Origin: Adineta vaga
Lineage: Eukaryota > Animalia > Rotifera
Length of the DNA stretch: 64,000 bases
Reading direction: 5' to 3'
Assembly (NCBI GenBank): GCA_021613535.1
Contig: CP075495.1
Span: forward strand, 3,844,001-3,908,000
The translations under genes were made by a program, and so were the position numbers. Every line of letters begins with the position of its first letter. Positions within the stretch are counted from its first letter, which is position 1. A model generated the notes under the pieces. That model ran no database searches and was not told the origin of the DNA. It was given only the letters and a program-made list of their open reading frames with translations. Of the stretch, positions 23,901-38,900 are shown in pieces.

Positions 23901-26900
23901 CGTTTGATTAATATGTGCTTCACATGTTGGTTGTGGTTTTTGTAATAATTGTGGTGCTGTTTCAACTTTTAATTGGACAACTTCTTCGATCGGTGTACCA
24001 ACTGAATTTTCTAAACGTAATGTTATGGGACCGGCATGTTTTGGTGTTGCTTGATTGATTGTTAAGACACTTTTGCCTGTTGTCGTATCTGTTTTGATTT
24101 CGAAACCATCTTTTGGTGTTAACGGTTTACCATCACGTAACCAAGAAACTTTCGGTGTTGGATTTCCATCAAATTCACAATCGAATTGTGCAGGTTGACC
24201 TTCTTTCACCGTAACTAATGCTTGTGGTTTCTTTTTCAATTCCGGTGCTTTTTGAACTTGTACTTTGACTTTCTTGGATTTTACTTCGCCAACATCATTC
24301 GTTACAACTGCTTGATATTCACCACTATCTTTTGGTTTAGCATTTTTAATTAATAATGTATATGTTTCTTCTTCCTCAATAATTTCATAACTTTCTTCGA
24401 CTGTTTCAATCACTTCTTCACCATTTTTAAACCATTTTACTTTTGGTTTCGTACCACCAGCTTTAATTGTCAATGGGATTGTTTCACCTGCTTGAACAGT
24501 TACATCTTTGACAAGATCAGATTTCAAACTTGGTTTTATTTGTTGAACATTGAGATTCAATTGAACTTCTGCTGTACCAGCAGTATTCTCTACTTGACAT
24601 GTATACGTTGCTTTATCATCTAATTGTGTATTATCGATCAGTAATGCACAACTATCATCTTTTTCAATTGTTTTCACACGTTTATTATCAATTGTAAGTG
24701 GTTGACCATTCTTTAACCATTGAATCTTTGGTTTTGGTATACCTGATAATTTTACATTTAATTCAGCTGGTTCACCAACAAGAACTTGAATATCGTGTGG
24801 TTTTGTATCAATTTTTGGTTTCATGACAACATGTACATTACATGTAGATGTAATTGTACCTTGTGGATTGGTTATAGCAATCTTAAATTGTCCACCATCA
24901 GTTAAATCGACACGATTAATTGTTAAAGTTTGTGTACCATCAGGTTTAGATTCAATTTTTTGTTTCGTTGTCGATTTAATTTCCGTGTCATTTTGAAACC
25001 ATTTAATTGTTGGCTTAGGAATACCTTGACAACGACAAGTTAAAGTTAAATTTTGTCCACTAATAACATCTGTATCTTCTAATTTATCGATAAATGCTAG
25101 AGGAGCAGTAACAACAAGGTTTGTTTGTTCTTCTACTGTTTGAGCAGGATTCTTTGCACGTATTGTATATTTTCCTTGATCATCTTCTTTAACATCGGAT
25201 ATAATCAGACGAACTTCATCCGTTTTTTCATCATGTTCAATACGAAAACGTGATTTATCATCTAATGTCATAACATCTTTTTTATCTTTCAAAAATGTTA
25301 TTTCTGGTTTTGGATGACCCGATACTTTACATGGAATTATAACTTGTTGACCTTGTACAGCTTCAATTTTAGCTGGTAAAGAACCAATAACAGGTGCAAC
25401 ATGAACATTTAATTTTGCTTCACTCGTTATTTCACCTTCACTATTCTTCATAACAACTTTGTAAACACCTTCATCTGTTGGTTTTGTTTGTTTGATCTTT
25501 AATTCATAAACATTACCTTCTTTTGGTATAATTACTTGAAAACGTTGATCATTTGTTGCTATTGGTTTATCATTTAAATACCATTCTGGTTTTGGTGCCG
25601 GATTTCCTATTGATTCAATGGATAGAGTAACATCTTGTCCTTGAACAACACTTTCATCTTTTAATGGTTTACTAATTTTTGGTTGTGTACGAACATCAAG
25701 TTTGACATCATGTGTAACTTTACCAGCAGGATTCTCTAATTGACAAGTAATAACACCAGCATGTTTCGTAGCATCGACTTTTCGTAATGTTAATGATGCT
25801 TTCTGTGTGGGTGTATCAAATGTAATTGCACAGTCGGTATTAGGTGTTAATGGTTTACCATTTAATAACCAAGTTACTTTTGGTACGGGAAATCCGGACA
25901 ATTGTGCTTCATATGTGACATCTTTACCTTGACTAACAGATGCATCTTCAGGTGCTTTGAGAAAAACTGGAACTTGTTGAACAATCACTTTAGCTTTTTT
26001 CGTTTTAACGGTTCCAGCTGAATTTTCAATCGAAGCTTGATATTCTCCTTGATCATCAATTGTTGCTTTTGGAATACGAAGAACAGCAGTTACAGTTGTA
26101 TCACCTGGTTTTGTCGGTTGTTCAATAGTCACTGGACCAACTTCATTACCATCTTTGTAGAATTTAACAGTCGGTGTAGGTCGACCATCAACAAGAAGAC
26201 GATAAACAAGTTCATCACCGACATTGATTGTTTGTTGTTCCAAATCATTTTTCAATGATGGTTTTACTTCTACAAGAAACGAAAAAAGGAAATCTCATTT
26301 TAGAAAAAAAAAATCATTATTAGACACAAACCTTTAACAGTTAAATTGACCTTTGCCTCTACAGATCCAACTTTATTAGTAGCACGTGCTATATATGGTT
26401 GAGAATCTTGCGATGTCGTATCGTTAATAATCAATGTCGATTGTCCATTTTCATCATTGATTATTTGAATACGCGCATCAGGTTTAACTTCTGTACCATC
26501 TGCTTTATGCCAAGTTATAGTTGGTTTTGGTATAGCAGAAAATTTGACATTTAATTTAGCTGTCTCAGTTAATAAACATGATACATCAGCAGGTTTACCT
26601 TCAACTTTTGGTTTGACTAGAAGAATTTCGAAAAATGAAATCAACAAAATGAAAAAAAGAAAATAACCTACCGCAAACATCAATTTTAGCTTGTGTTTCA
26701 ATACGTTCTTTTCCATTATCAGCTACAACTTTATAAACACCAATATCAGGCATATCTGCTTTATTGTCGTTAATGTACTAACAGGACCTTTTGCATCAAT
26801 ACGAGTCTTTTGATTTGATTTAATTTCAGTATCATTAAAATACCTTTACAAAAAGAAAAATTCTAGAATAAAACTTTCCATAATCGCAATTGACATACCA

Positions 26901-29900
26901 AGTTAATTTTGGTCTTGGTACACCTTCACATTCAACAGTTAAAACACTATTCGAACCTTGTATAATATCTACATCATTTAATTGATTATTAAATTTCAAT
27001 GCTGCAGTAACATTAACATTTGCTGTTGAATCAACTTTGCCAACTTTATTTTTCACCGATAATGTATATGCACCAATATCTTCTTCTTTTATATTTGGAA
27101 TCGTTAATATACATTCATCACCATTACGTTCAATTTTGACGCGATCAGATGGTGACAATGGTTTTTGATCTTTCAACCATTGAATATCAACTTTTGGTCG
27201 ACCATGAACATTTGCTTTGAGAATTAATGGTTGATTAAGTGTTACTTCTTTATCAGTTAGTTGTGGTTCAATTCGTGGTGTTTCTATTAATAATCAGAAC
27301 AAATGAATTTTGAAGATAGAATCATTCGTACATACCTAGAACTTTCAATTGTACAGTTGTATCTGTTTCACCAAGAGGATTTTTCACTTTGATATCAACA
27401 GGTGCTTCATCTTCAGGTGTAACATCATGAATAATTAATTTTGATGTTGTAGGAGATTCTTCAACAATTTCATATTTCTTCGATGGTTTGACGGGTTTAC
27501 CATCGTGAATCCTGTTTGTAAAAATAGAATTCAATTTCAATACATTTACTTCGGATGTAATTCTATCCTACCATTCAATTTGTGGTTTTGGTGATCCAGA
27601 AACATCGACAGTAAAGACTGCATCAGTATGTAGTAAAGCTTCTGTATCGGTTGGTTTCTTCGTAATCTTTGGAGCCGCTGAAATATACAATTCAACATTC
27701 ATGATGAAGGAAGTCACTTCGAATTTTCATAACTTACTTTTAACTGAACATTGAACTGTTTCTTCGATTGTACCTGCTGGATTTTCTGCTTTCACAGTAA
27801 TCTTTCCATCATGTTTCGGTGTAACTTGTTTAATCGTTAATACCGATGTGCCCGTTGCTGATCAGTTTGTACATCAAAGCCATCTTTAGGTGTAATGGGT
27901 TTTCCATCGAATAACCATGTAATTTTTGGTGCTGGATAAGCATCAATTTTCGTATGAAACTCAACTGGTTGATTTTCATTGACATCCACTGGTTTTGGTT
28001 TTTCGAGAAATTCTGGTGATTTTGTTACAGTTAATTTGCCTTTTTTAGATTTAATCGTTCCACCCGAATTGGTAATTACAGCTGAATAATCACCTTGATG
28101 TTCAGGTTTACATTTATTAATTTTAAGAATGTACGTATCAGATGGAGCATCATGAACTATTTGAAAATCTTTATTTGTTGGTAGAATTTCTTCTGTATCA
28201 TTTTTAAACCAATGTATCGTCGGTTGAGGATTGCCAGTTGCTTTAATAATAAATTCAGCTGGTTGATCACGTGTAGCATTGACATTTGTAAGATCAGATA
28301 AGATTTGTGGTTTTATTTCTTTTACAGTTAAGTTTATCTTCGAATCAACTTCACCAACTTTATTTATTGCACGAGCAATATATGGTGAACTATCCACTAG
28401 ATTAGTCTTCTTAATTTTCAAAACACTTGTACCATCAGGTAATTCACTTATTTCAATATTTTCATTCGGTTTCAATGGAGTATTCATATCACTGGCTTTA
28501 TACCTACAATGAAAGTGATAAATAGAAGGATGACATGAGAAAAAAAGCGATGGAAAACAAAACAAACCAAGTAATAGTTGGTTTTGGTATAGCACTGAAT
28601 TTTGTACGTAATTCAGCTGGTTCAGTTATTTGAACGGTGACATCATTGACTTTGCCGTCTACTTTTGGTTTAGCTAAAGGAATGAAATCATGGAAATGAA
28701 ATGAGAAGATGAACAGTTAAAATAGGAGACATACTGCAAACAGAAACATGTGCTTTCGTTTCGATAGTACCGTCAGGGTTCGTAGCAATACATTTATAAA
28801 CACCTTCATCAGTTAATTCAGCTTTTGGTAATGTTAATGTATGAGTATTTTGTTTGGAATCAATTTTAGTCTTGGGAGTATTCTTCAATTCTTGATCATT
28901 AAAATACCTATCGAAAAAGAAAAGAGTGTAAAAAAGAAAAGAAAAGAATTACATGGAAAATAGTTTACCATTTTACTGTTGGTTTGGGTATTCCATTTGT
29001 TTCTACTGTTAATGTGCATGGTGACTGTGCTATAACATCTTGATCTTTCAATGGATGAACGAATTCTAATGGTGCTTTGACTGTAATTGTTGAAGTAATT
29101 TCTTTTTGTCCAACTTTATTCTTGATTAATAATGTATATTTATCTTGATTGTCAGTTTCATCAAGTGATTTAATCGATAATTCACATGTACCATCAGGTA
29201 ATGATGTTACTTTATGTCGATCATCTGGTTTAAATTCTTTACCATTTTTCAACCATGTTACTGTAGCTTTTGGTCGTCCACCGATAACTTTACATTTCAA
29301 TGTAACATCTGAACCAACCGGTTGTGTAATATCACCAAATGGTTGATCAACAAATGGCTGTTCAAGAACAGTTAATTGAGCAGTCGATTCCACATGACCT
29401 AATGGATTTTCAGCTGATACACGATATTTTCCTTCATCAGTTGCTTTTGCATTTTTAATAATAAGTGTTTGAGTTGTACCATTCGATTCGATAAGATGTT
29501 GTGCATCAGGTTTAATCGGTTGATCATCTTTTGTCCAAGATATTTTCGGTGTTGGTGAACCAGTAATATCCACAACAAATCGTATTTCATTATCAATCAT
29601 AACTTCTTGATCAGTTAATTTTTTCGTAATCACTGGCACAGCTAAAAACAGAAGTTATGATATATTGCTTTTTTTTATGAATCTTCAATTTATTTACTTT
29701 GAACATCAAGTGTTACAGGTGCATCAGTCGTACCAGCCGAATTTTCAACACGACAAATAAGTTCACCTGCTTGTTTAGGAGTTGCACCTTTATGTTTCAA
29801 TATAATTTGACCTGTTTTGACATCATATTGACTTTCAAAACCAAGATCTGATGTTAAAGGTTTACCATCTTTAAGCCTAATAAAATTAATTTCGTTATCG

Positions 29901-32900
29901 ATTTTAATCTAAAAATATCTATCTTACCAAGTTACTTTTGGTTGTGGATAAGCATCAATTTGTGCATCGAACACAACAGGTTGTCCTTCTTTGACAGTTT
30001 GTGATTGTGGTAGTTTAATAAATTCAGGTTTTTTCTGTACAATAACTTTTGCTTTCTTTGATTTGACTGTGCCACCTGGATTTGTTGCTTGAACAGAATA
30101 TTCCGCTTGATGATCCGGTGAACAATTTTGTACAGTTAATGTATATGTTTGTTTATTATCAAATGTAATTTGATAATCTTTATTTGTAGCCGGATTAATT
30201 TCATCGTTACCTTTGAACCATTTCACTTGTGGTTGTGGTAAACCGGTAATTTCTACTTGAAGTTGTAATGGTTTACCTTTTTCAACGACTTTTTGTTCTT
30301 CTAAATCACGAACAATTGTCGGTTTTATTGAATTCACTGTTAAGTTCATTTTAGCTTCCACTTCACCAAAACGATTTTTAGCTTTACAAGTATATGTCGC
30401 TTTATCATCCATTTGTGAACGAGCGATTTTTAATGAATGAACATTAGGTTTATCTTCATGAACAGTAACACGTTGATCAGGAGTAGTAAGAGGAACATTA
30501 TCTTTATACCAAGTAACTTCCGGTTTTGGAAAACCAGAAAAAGTACATTCAAGAACAGCTGGTTGTTCAACATTAACGTTAACATCAGTAGGTTTCCCTT
30601 CAACTTTGGGTTTACCTAAAGAGAATTGAAATTAATGAGATAATGATGATGAAAAATATAACTTATAATACATACTTCCGACAACCAAAGTACACGTTGT
30701 TTCAATCGGTTTACCAGAACCATTATCAGCTATTGCTTTGTAAACACCTGCGAAAAAGAAAAGTTTATGTATGAAAACTAGAGTTTTAACTCTTTACCAG
30801 CATCTGTTTGATCAGTACGATTAACTGTTAATGAATGGACATTTTGTTTCGATGATATTGTTTGCTTTTGTGTAGATTTCAATTCAATATCATTAAAATA
30901 CCTGTAGAAAACAAATTCACAGACTCGTCTTTATTCTAGCAAATCAATCTTACCATTTCACATTGGCTTTCGGAATACCTTGTACTTCACATGTTAATAT
31001 CGCACTTTGTGTTGTTAATACATCTGTATCTTGTAATGGTTGAATAAATTTCAATGGTGCTGTTACTTTCAAATGACCATCAGTTTGATTTGTTCCAACT
31101 TTATTTTTTGCAACACAAGAATATAAACCTTGATCTTCTTCTTGAATATCTTTTATAATTAATTTAGCATTACCATCTTTATCAATTGGTACAATCGAAT
31201 ATTTCTTCTCATCAGCTTTGATTTCTTTTCCTGCTTTTAACCAAGTTAATGTTGGTTGTGGTGTACCTGTAACTTTAATAATTAATTCAATTGTTTCTTT
31301 TTCAATAACTGTTTTATCTTGTAAACCAGAAACAAAATTAGGTCCATGAATAACATGAAGTTTAGCTTCTGTTTGAATTTGTCCAAGTTCATTCGATGCT
31401 TGGGCACTATAGGTACCATTATCATTTAATGTCGTATTTTTTACAATCAATTTATGTTGATTTGTTTTGGTATCATATGAAATATCATATTTATCGGTAG
31501 ATGGTGTTAATGGTTTACCATTACAGAACCATTTTACAGTTGCTTGTGGTGAAGCTTGAAATTCACATGTAAATGTAGCAGAATTATTAATAATAACTTC
31601 AGTATCCGTTAATGGTTTGAGAAGAATAGGTGCAGAACGAACATTAATATCAGCTGTTTCTTCAGCTGAGCCCGCAGTATTTTCAGCTCGAACAGTAATT
31701 GGACCGGCATGTTTAGTGGTGGTGCTCTTAACAACTAATGTTGCAGTACCAGTTTTAGTATCAAATGTTGTTTCATAACCTTCTTTTGGTGTAACCGGTT
31801 TTCCAGCAACTAACCATGTTACTTTTGCTTGTGGTAATGCATCAATTTGACATTCAATTTTAGCTGTCTCATTTTGATTGACAGTAATTGATTGTGGTTT
31901 TTTGATAAATGTCGGTTGTTTTTGTATTGTAATTTTACTCTTTTTTGATTTAATTAAACCAGCAACATTTGTTAATTGTGCTTGGTATTCTCCCATATCA
32001 TCTTGAGTTGCATTTGTAATGATAAGAAAATATTCTTTTGTTGCCTTGTCTTCTTTAAATTGAAAACGTTGATCAGTTGTTGAAGTTATTTCTGTATTGT
32101 TTTTAAACCATTGACATGTCGGATATGGGTTACCAGTACCAGCTATGGATATAATAAGATCTTCTCCTTTTATACCAGTATACACTGTATCGAGATCCCG
32201 TGTGATACTTGGTTTAATTGCTATCGAAACAAAAACAATCGATATCGATATAAAATTATGAAATCATTTATTTTCGGATAACTTACGTTTGATAGTTAAA
32301 TTTGCTTTTCCTTCGACATCACCAGCAATATTTGTCAATTTTACTGAATAGACACCTTTATCATCCATATCTGTGTTACTTATTGTTAGTACAGATAAGG
32401 TTGCAGTTTCCTGTGTAATAACAAATCGTTGATCATTAGCTGGGATTGGTTTTCCATCTTTATACCAAGTAATTGTCGGTGTTGGATTACCGGAATATTG
32501 ACATTGTATACGAGCAGTATCACCAATATTCACTGATACATCTGCTAGCTTATCAACTTTTGGTTTTGTACATACAGAAACTTTAGCGGTTGCGTGAACT
32601 TTATCAACGGGATTTTCAGCAACGACTGTATATTGACCGTCATCAGCTGTTTCACCTTTAAGAATGGTTAATGTATAAATGCCTTCTTTTTTTGCATCAA
32701 TTTGATGTTTGGTTGCCGTAGGTTTAATTGGTTGACCTTTAAATAACCATGAAACTTGTGGTTTTGGATTACCGATAATTTCAGCAGTAAGTACAACAGA
32801 TTGACCAACAAGAAGAACTGAATCTGTTGGTGGTTTTACGATTTGTGGTGGACCTATTTCAAATGAAAACAAATCAACAGGAGATTGTGAAAAAAAATGG

Positions 32901-35900
32901 AAGAAATTCTTCTTCTACCTAAGATTTCGACAAGTCCTTCCGTTTGTGCATCTTGATATTTGGCCGTATAAAGACCTTTATCTTTATCTTCAGTTTTTGG
33001 TATAATTAAACGATGAATTAATCCATCAACTTCTTCTTTAATATCTGTTATTGGTTTACCATCTTTAAACCATTGTAATGCAATATTTGGTTTGTTTACA
33101 GCGCATTGTAATTCACATTTATCACCACGTTTTATTTTCAAATTTTTTAATTTATCTGTAAAATCAAATGGTTCTTCTTTAACAAATAATTGTGCATTTG
33201 TTTTTGTTGCTTCATCCAATGCACAAGTAATCTTCGAATCATTTTCGCTCAATACACACTCTTTTAAGACGAGACGACGTGTTTTACCAATTGCTAATGT
33301 TTGAGCACGTTGACTAGGTACTGGTTGATCATTAATATACCATGTAACTGATGCTTCAGCTTCAGATACATTACATTCAAATGCAGCATTTTTACCTTCA
33401 TGTACAGTTATATTCGAAAGTGGTTTAGTGAATGTAACAAGACCCAAACGTGATATGCGACGATCTTTCCCAGCACCTGGTTTAGGTACACCTAAGCCGC
33501 GTCCATCGTCACCATCTAAATCATTGCCCGCACCTGTACCTGAACGTGCACGACGTCCAGCAGAATCTGTCGGTGATAAACCTAATAGATCACCACTTTG
33601 ACCTTTATCATAAGTTTTCAATTGCGCATCACCCGTCAATTCAAAATGTTTCAATTGATATTGCCAACCAGGATCACCTGGACCTTTTGGTTTACCTTTT
33701 GCTTTTCGTAATTTACCCCAATCAGGACCAGCTTCAAGTTCACGTTCGCTCGCTTCCCTAAAAATTTATCTAAATTAATTCTACTTTTCTTAAATAATTA
33801 TTACTTACATTTTACGTAAAATACTCTTGTAATCAATAACTTCTTCTGGTTTTGTTACAATAAAACATGAAACAGGTTTTGTTATCGTTTTATGAGCATT
33901 TTGTATTGTTACTGTATAAATGCCTGTATCTGTATTTGAACATTGATTAATTTCAAAAAAATGTGCATCAAGTTCATCATCATAATACAATGCATATTTC
34001 GATGTATTTTCTGTAAACGTTTTCGTTTTTCCTTTCGACCATACTACTAATGGATATGGATCACCAGCTACTCGACAACCAAAGACAGCTGTTTGTCCTT
34101 CTAAACATGAAACTTTTTCTGGTGTATCAGCGAATGAAGCAGCTTCGCCAGAGACGGTAATTTTACATTGCGATATTTTTTCACCCCCCGGATTTTTTGC
34201 ACGACATTCATAAACACCAGAATCACTTTCTTGACAATCATGTATGATTAATGACCATATTGCTGATGGAGCATCATAGACAATTGATATACGATCATTT
34301 TCATCGAAAACTTGACCATCTTTAAGCCATGTTAAACGTGGAAATGGTAAACCACTGACTTTTAGATCGACTTTTAAAATTCCTCCAACAGGAAAAAGTG
34401 AATCTGTTAGATTCTTTGTAAAATTAGGTGGTGCTAACGCTGAAAAAGGAGAGAGTGAAACAAGAAATGATTATTTGAATTATTTCAAAGAAAAACATAC
34501 GAAATAACGTCAATTTTCCAACAGATGATGCTTGTCCAAGCGAATTTGTTGCTGTACATGAATATGAACCAGCATCCGATGTTTGAGCATTTGCAATAGT
34601 AAATACATAACGACCCGATTTTAATTCTTTTAATGAATAACTATAGAAATGAATTAGGATTCTATAAAAAGAACATTGTATAAAATAAACGAAACATACC
34701 GGCCTTTCAAATCAATAGGCTTCTGATTGAATGAAAAATCTAATTTTGGTTTTGGATAACCAGCAACTTGTAAACGAATATCAATATCACAATTTTCAAC
34801 ACCTTCTAATTTTTCTAATTTTTGTAGAAAGACTGGTGCAACTTCAATGACAAGTGTTGCTGATGTTTTACTTGTACCCAATAAGTTTTGTGCTGAACAT
34901 ACATAAAATCCGCCATCATCCAATTGAATATTTTTAATAACTAAAGAATAAGTTCCTCGACGTTCTTCAGCATTGATTCTTCCAGGATAGAGACTAAAAT
35001 CAATTGGTATGGCATCTTTCGACCAAACAATTTTCGGTTCTGGATATGCATAAATTTGTGTTTCTAATCGAGCCGTACGTTTAATTGGAATAAATAAATC
35101 TTTCAATGGTTGAAGAATAATAGGCGGTGAAGATATTCGTACATCAATTTTACCAGTAATACGACCAAGATTATTTGAACAAATGATTTGATATTCACCA
35201 GCATCTTGTGCTGTCGCACGATAAATACGTAATTGATAGTGCGTACCATCTGATGTGATATGATATTTTGCATTTGTTACTAAATCTTCTGCTAAACGGG
35301 ACCATTTAACATTTGGAGGTGGTAAACCAGCAACTTCAACATTAATTTCACAATCTTGACCATCAACAACACCGACTGTTTCGGGAAGTTTAGTAAATGT
35401 TGGTGCAACTTCAATGGTAACTTGAGCATCGGATACACTTGTATCATTGCCTAAGGTAGCTTTAACACTGTAATAACCAGCATCAGCTGGAGTAGCTTTT
35501 TGAATCGTTAGAACATGAACTTTATTTCCTTTGACAGATGGAACAATACGATCAGATTTAACGATGGGTTGATTATTTTTCATCCTGAAATAGAATTAAT
35601 TAATTGAATTAAACACAACTCGATATATAATGAACACAACAATTATGAAAACTCTGATATCTGAACTTCAACTTCTATCTCATCTATTCTTTTCGAAAAG
35701 AAACTCGAAATCTATGAAAAAATAAATGAATGATCTTGCATATTACCAAATAATTGTTGGTACACCATTTTTAGTATTCACTTCACAATCAAGTGTAAGT
35801 GGACGTCCTTGTGTTACCGATGTATCACGTAATGATCGTTCAAATAATGTTGTTAAACCTAGAATAAATTCAAGTTTGAAAACATCGAAATTCAATCATT

Positions 35901-38900
35901 TTTTTCTTCTCAAAAGCATACCTGTAATGCTAAGATCTATATCGGCTGAAACTTTTCCAGCACTATTGGTCGCTGTAACAACATAAGTTCCCAGTACTTC
36001 TGCACCCGCTTTTTTAATCGATAAGTAATACATATCGTTATCATTTTTCAATTCATACAAATCATTCGAAGAAAGAATCATGCCTTTTCGTGTCCATTGT
36101 ATCGTTGGTGTTGGTGCACCAGATACTTTGACAAATAATTGTGTACTTTCGCCAGCATTAATTTCAATTGCTTTTGATTTATCAAGTATTTTCGGTGCAC
36201 GTTGTTCACCAATGATTTGTAATTGCACTTCACGTGAAATTTCTGAAAGTGCATTTTTTAGGATACATTTTACTGTACCACTATCTGTGTCAGTTATATT
36301 ATTTATACGAAGTATAGTAAGACCACGTTCTTCTACAATGGAAAATTTTCCACCTGAATGCAAAATTTGCCCATTAAGAAACCATTGTACCTAAATAAAA
36401 ACCGATGATTTTCATTTGATTTGAAATAAAGAAGAAAAACAGAAGCGAAACTTACATTTGGTTTTGGACTTCCATCAGCTCGACAAATAAATTCTGCCAT
36501 TTTTCCTTTGACAGCTTGAGTTGTTTTTGGTTCTACAGTAAATGATGGCGGTACACCTTTCATTTCTAATTGTCCTTGTGATTTAATTTCTCCAAGATTA
36601 TTCTTCAATATCAACTCATAATTTCCACTATTTTCCTGTTTGAATTGTTTTATATTAAGTACATGCATATTGTCATCATTCGAACGATCTGCTTTCGTAA
36701 AAACATTACCATCAGGTGATTTTGTACTTGTAATAGGTTGACCATCTTTTATCCATTGTTGTGCGGTATCATATTTTGATTTACATGTTAATGCACATGG
36801 TGAACCAAGATCAACTTGTAATTTGGAAAGACCTTGAATAATAACTGGTTTTTGTATCACTTGCGTTTGAGTTTGTTCAAGATTGGGTGCTGTTACACTC
36901 GATCGTCGTCTTTGTGTAGGTGGATTTGGTACTGATAATTCCGATTCTTCAAATGCAGCACGTCGTTGATCGATTGAATGAGCTGATTTTTTTACATGAC
37001 AAGTACTTATGGTATGACCGTATGTATTCTGTGCTTGAGCTTTATAAATACCTAGTTTTTTATGTCGACCAGCAATTATTAATTGATGACGATCTGTATG
37101 AGGATTTAATGTTTCTGTTTTTCTATCATAACCATCTCCAATAACAATTTTGCGATCATTAAATAACCAAATTAATTCTGGTAATGGATTACCAGTAATG
37201 ACACATTCGAGACTAGAAAACAAATTTTTATTTTTAAAATAGATAAAAATAGATCGAATATCTTACGTAAGTTGCTCGTCTTCATTAATATATAATTCAC
37301 TTTCAAGAGGATGGGGAAATGTTGGTTTGCCTTCAGGTACTGCTAATGTACTTGAACGGCGTCTTGCGGTAAGATTCGGCGTTTCATTCGACATTGTTTC
37401 TCCTTCGGTTGTAGTACCACCGCTGGCGCCAGAAAATGATACTCGTTGTTGACTAGAAAAAATTAAAAAAGAATCCTTAGAATCAGTTGTCAAAATCTCT
37501 GGTCAGAACTCGTGTAAGAACGATCAATCATCAATCAGTATATACAGCTACTATTCTTTTCGTATCGATGATCTTATCCAGTATAGAAATGACGATGTCT
37601 GTACATATGCTAACGTTATTTTTGCCATAAATCTGCTCATATATAGGGTTACTATCGATTCATCTTCGTTGATTACCTCCCTCGTCGTGGAGATTGCATT
37701 CTTGCTGTTCTTCTTCTTCTTCTTCTTCTTCTTGTTCCAATCAAAGAGAAAAAACTTTAATAAGTATTAGCGACTATCGTTTTCTGTTGATTCATCAGTT
37801 TGGATATATGCAAATATCAGAATTTATTCTTTCCTGTGGGTGTAAAAGTCTTTCGAAGTCGAAGAAATATATAATATAACAGTACAGACAATAACAAAAC
37901 AGACAGAAATATACTGTTTTCTCCACCTCCTATTTCGTCTTTTCTTTAATTTCTTGTTTTCCTAAACAAATCTAACGTCGTTTCGGTACTGTCAACCATC
38001 TGCAATCGATTTGTCCTTTTTTCTTCTTTTCTTTTCTTTTCTTTTCTCTTTCTTGTTCGTTTTTTTCTCGTTTTTTAAGACACTGTCTAAATTGATATAT
38101 ACAATACATTCTTAGTCCGATTACACGTATGTACAAAGAGATTTTTCTCGTTCTATTTAGTCTTTGACAACAAATGACATTCAAGTATTTCTTTTCCTTC
38201 TGCTGTGCTTCGAGTACAATTGATAATAGCATACGTTCTTTTCTCAATCTTATCAACTTAGTAGCCTCTATGTTGTTCTCGCACAATTACCACATCAAAC
38301 AGTTGCTAGCAAAGTAGAAAATAACAAAGACGAAAGATTAGTTAATTAGAATATTTCATCTGTGTGTACGCCTTTATGTTAATGAATTAGAAAAAAAAGA
38401 GAAAGAACGAATAAACAAAGATAGAACTATGTGATTATTAATTGAAGTGGCTTTTACCACCTACTAGACACAAATTCTATTCATTGGATTATTTTACTGA
38501 AAACATTTTTGGAAACAAAAATATCTATATTTTCTTTTGTCTTTCATATTGACTCATGAGTATCTATATATATATTTATTTATATTATATATATATCTAT
38601 ACATAGACAGATAAATGTATTTGTTTGTTTATCATCACTTTGTATCACCGTTCTCTGAATTGTCGAACGCCCAAACAAGATAATACATATTTGACAAGGT
38701 CGTTTTTTTTAAAGACAACATATAAAACATTTTAGGTTTTGTTATTTGTCCAATGATATTATCCAAGTTATTCGAAGAAGATTAATGCATATATAATAAC
38801 CTTGAAGTTTTCTCATTGGATATTATAGTACATCATAAATACATGAGAGAAAGAAACAAAAGGTAATTATGAGATCGATAATGATATTAGTAGCAAACAT

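Noticed and set aside
26755-27870. Programmed ribosomal frameshifting in the titin-like gene
   Set aside because: There is no slippery heptamer or downstream structure at either site. Single-base assembly errors are the simpler explanation.
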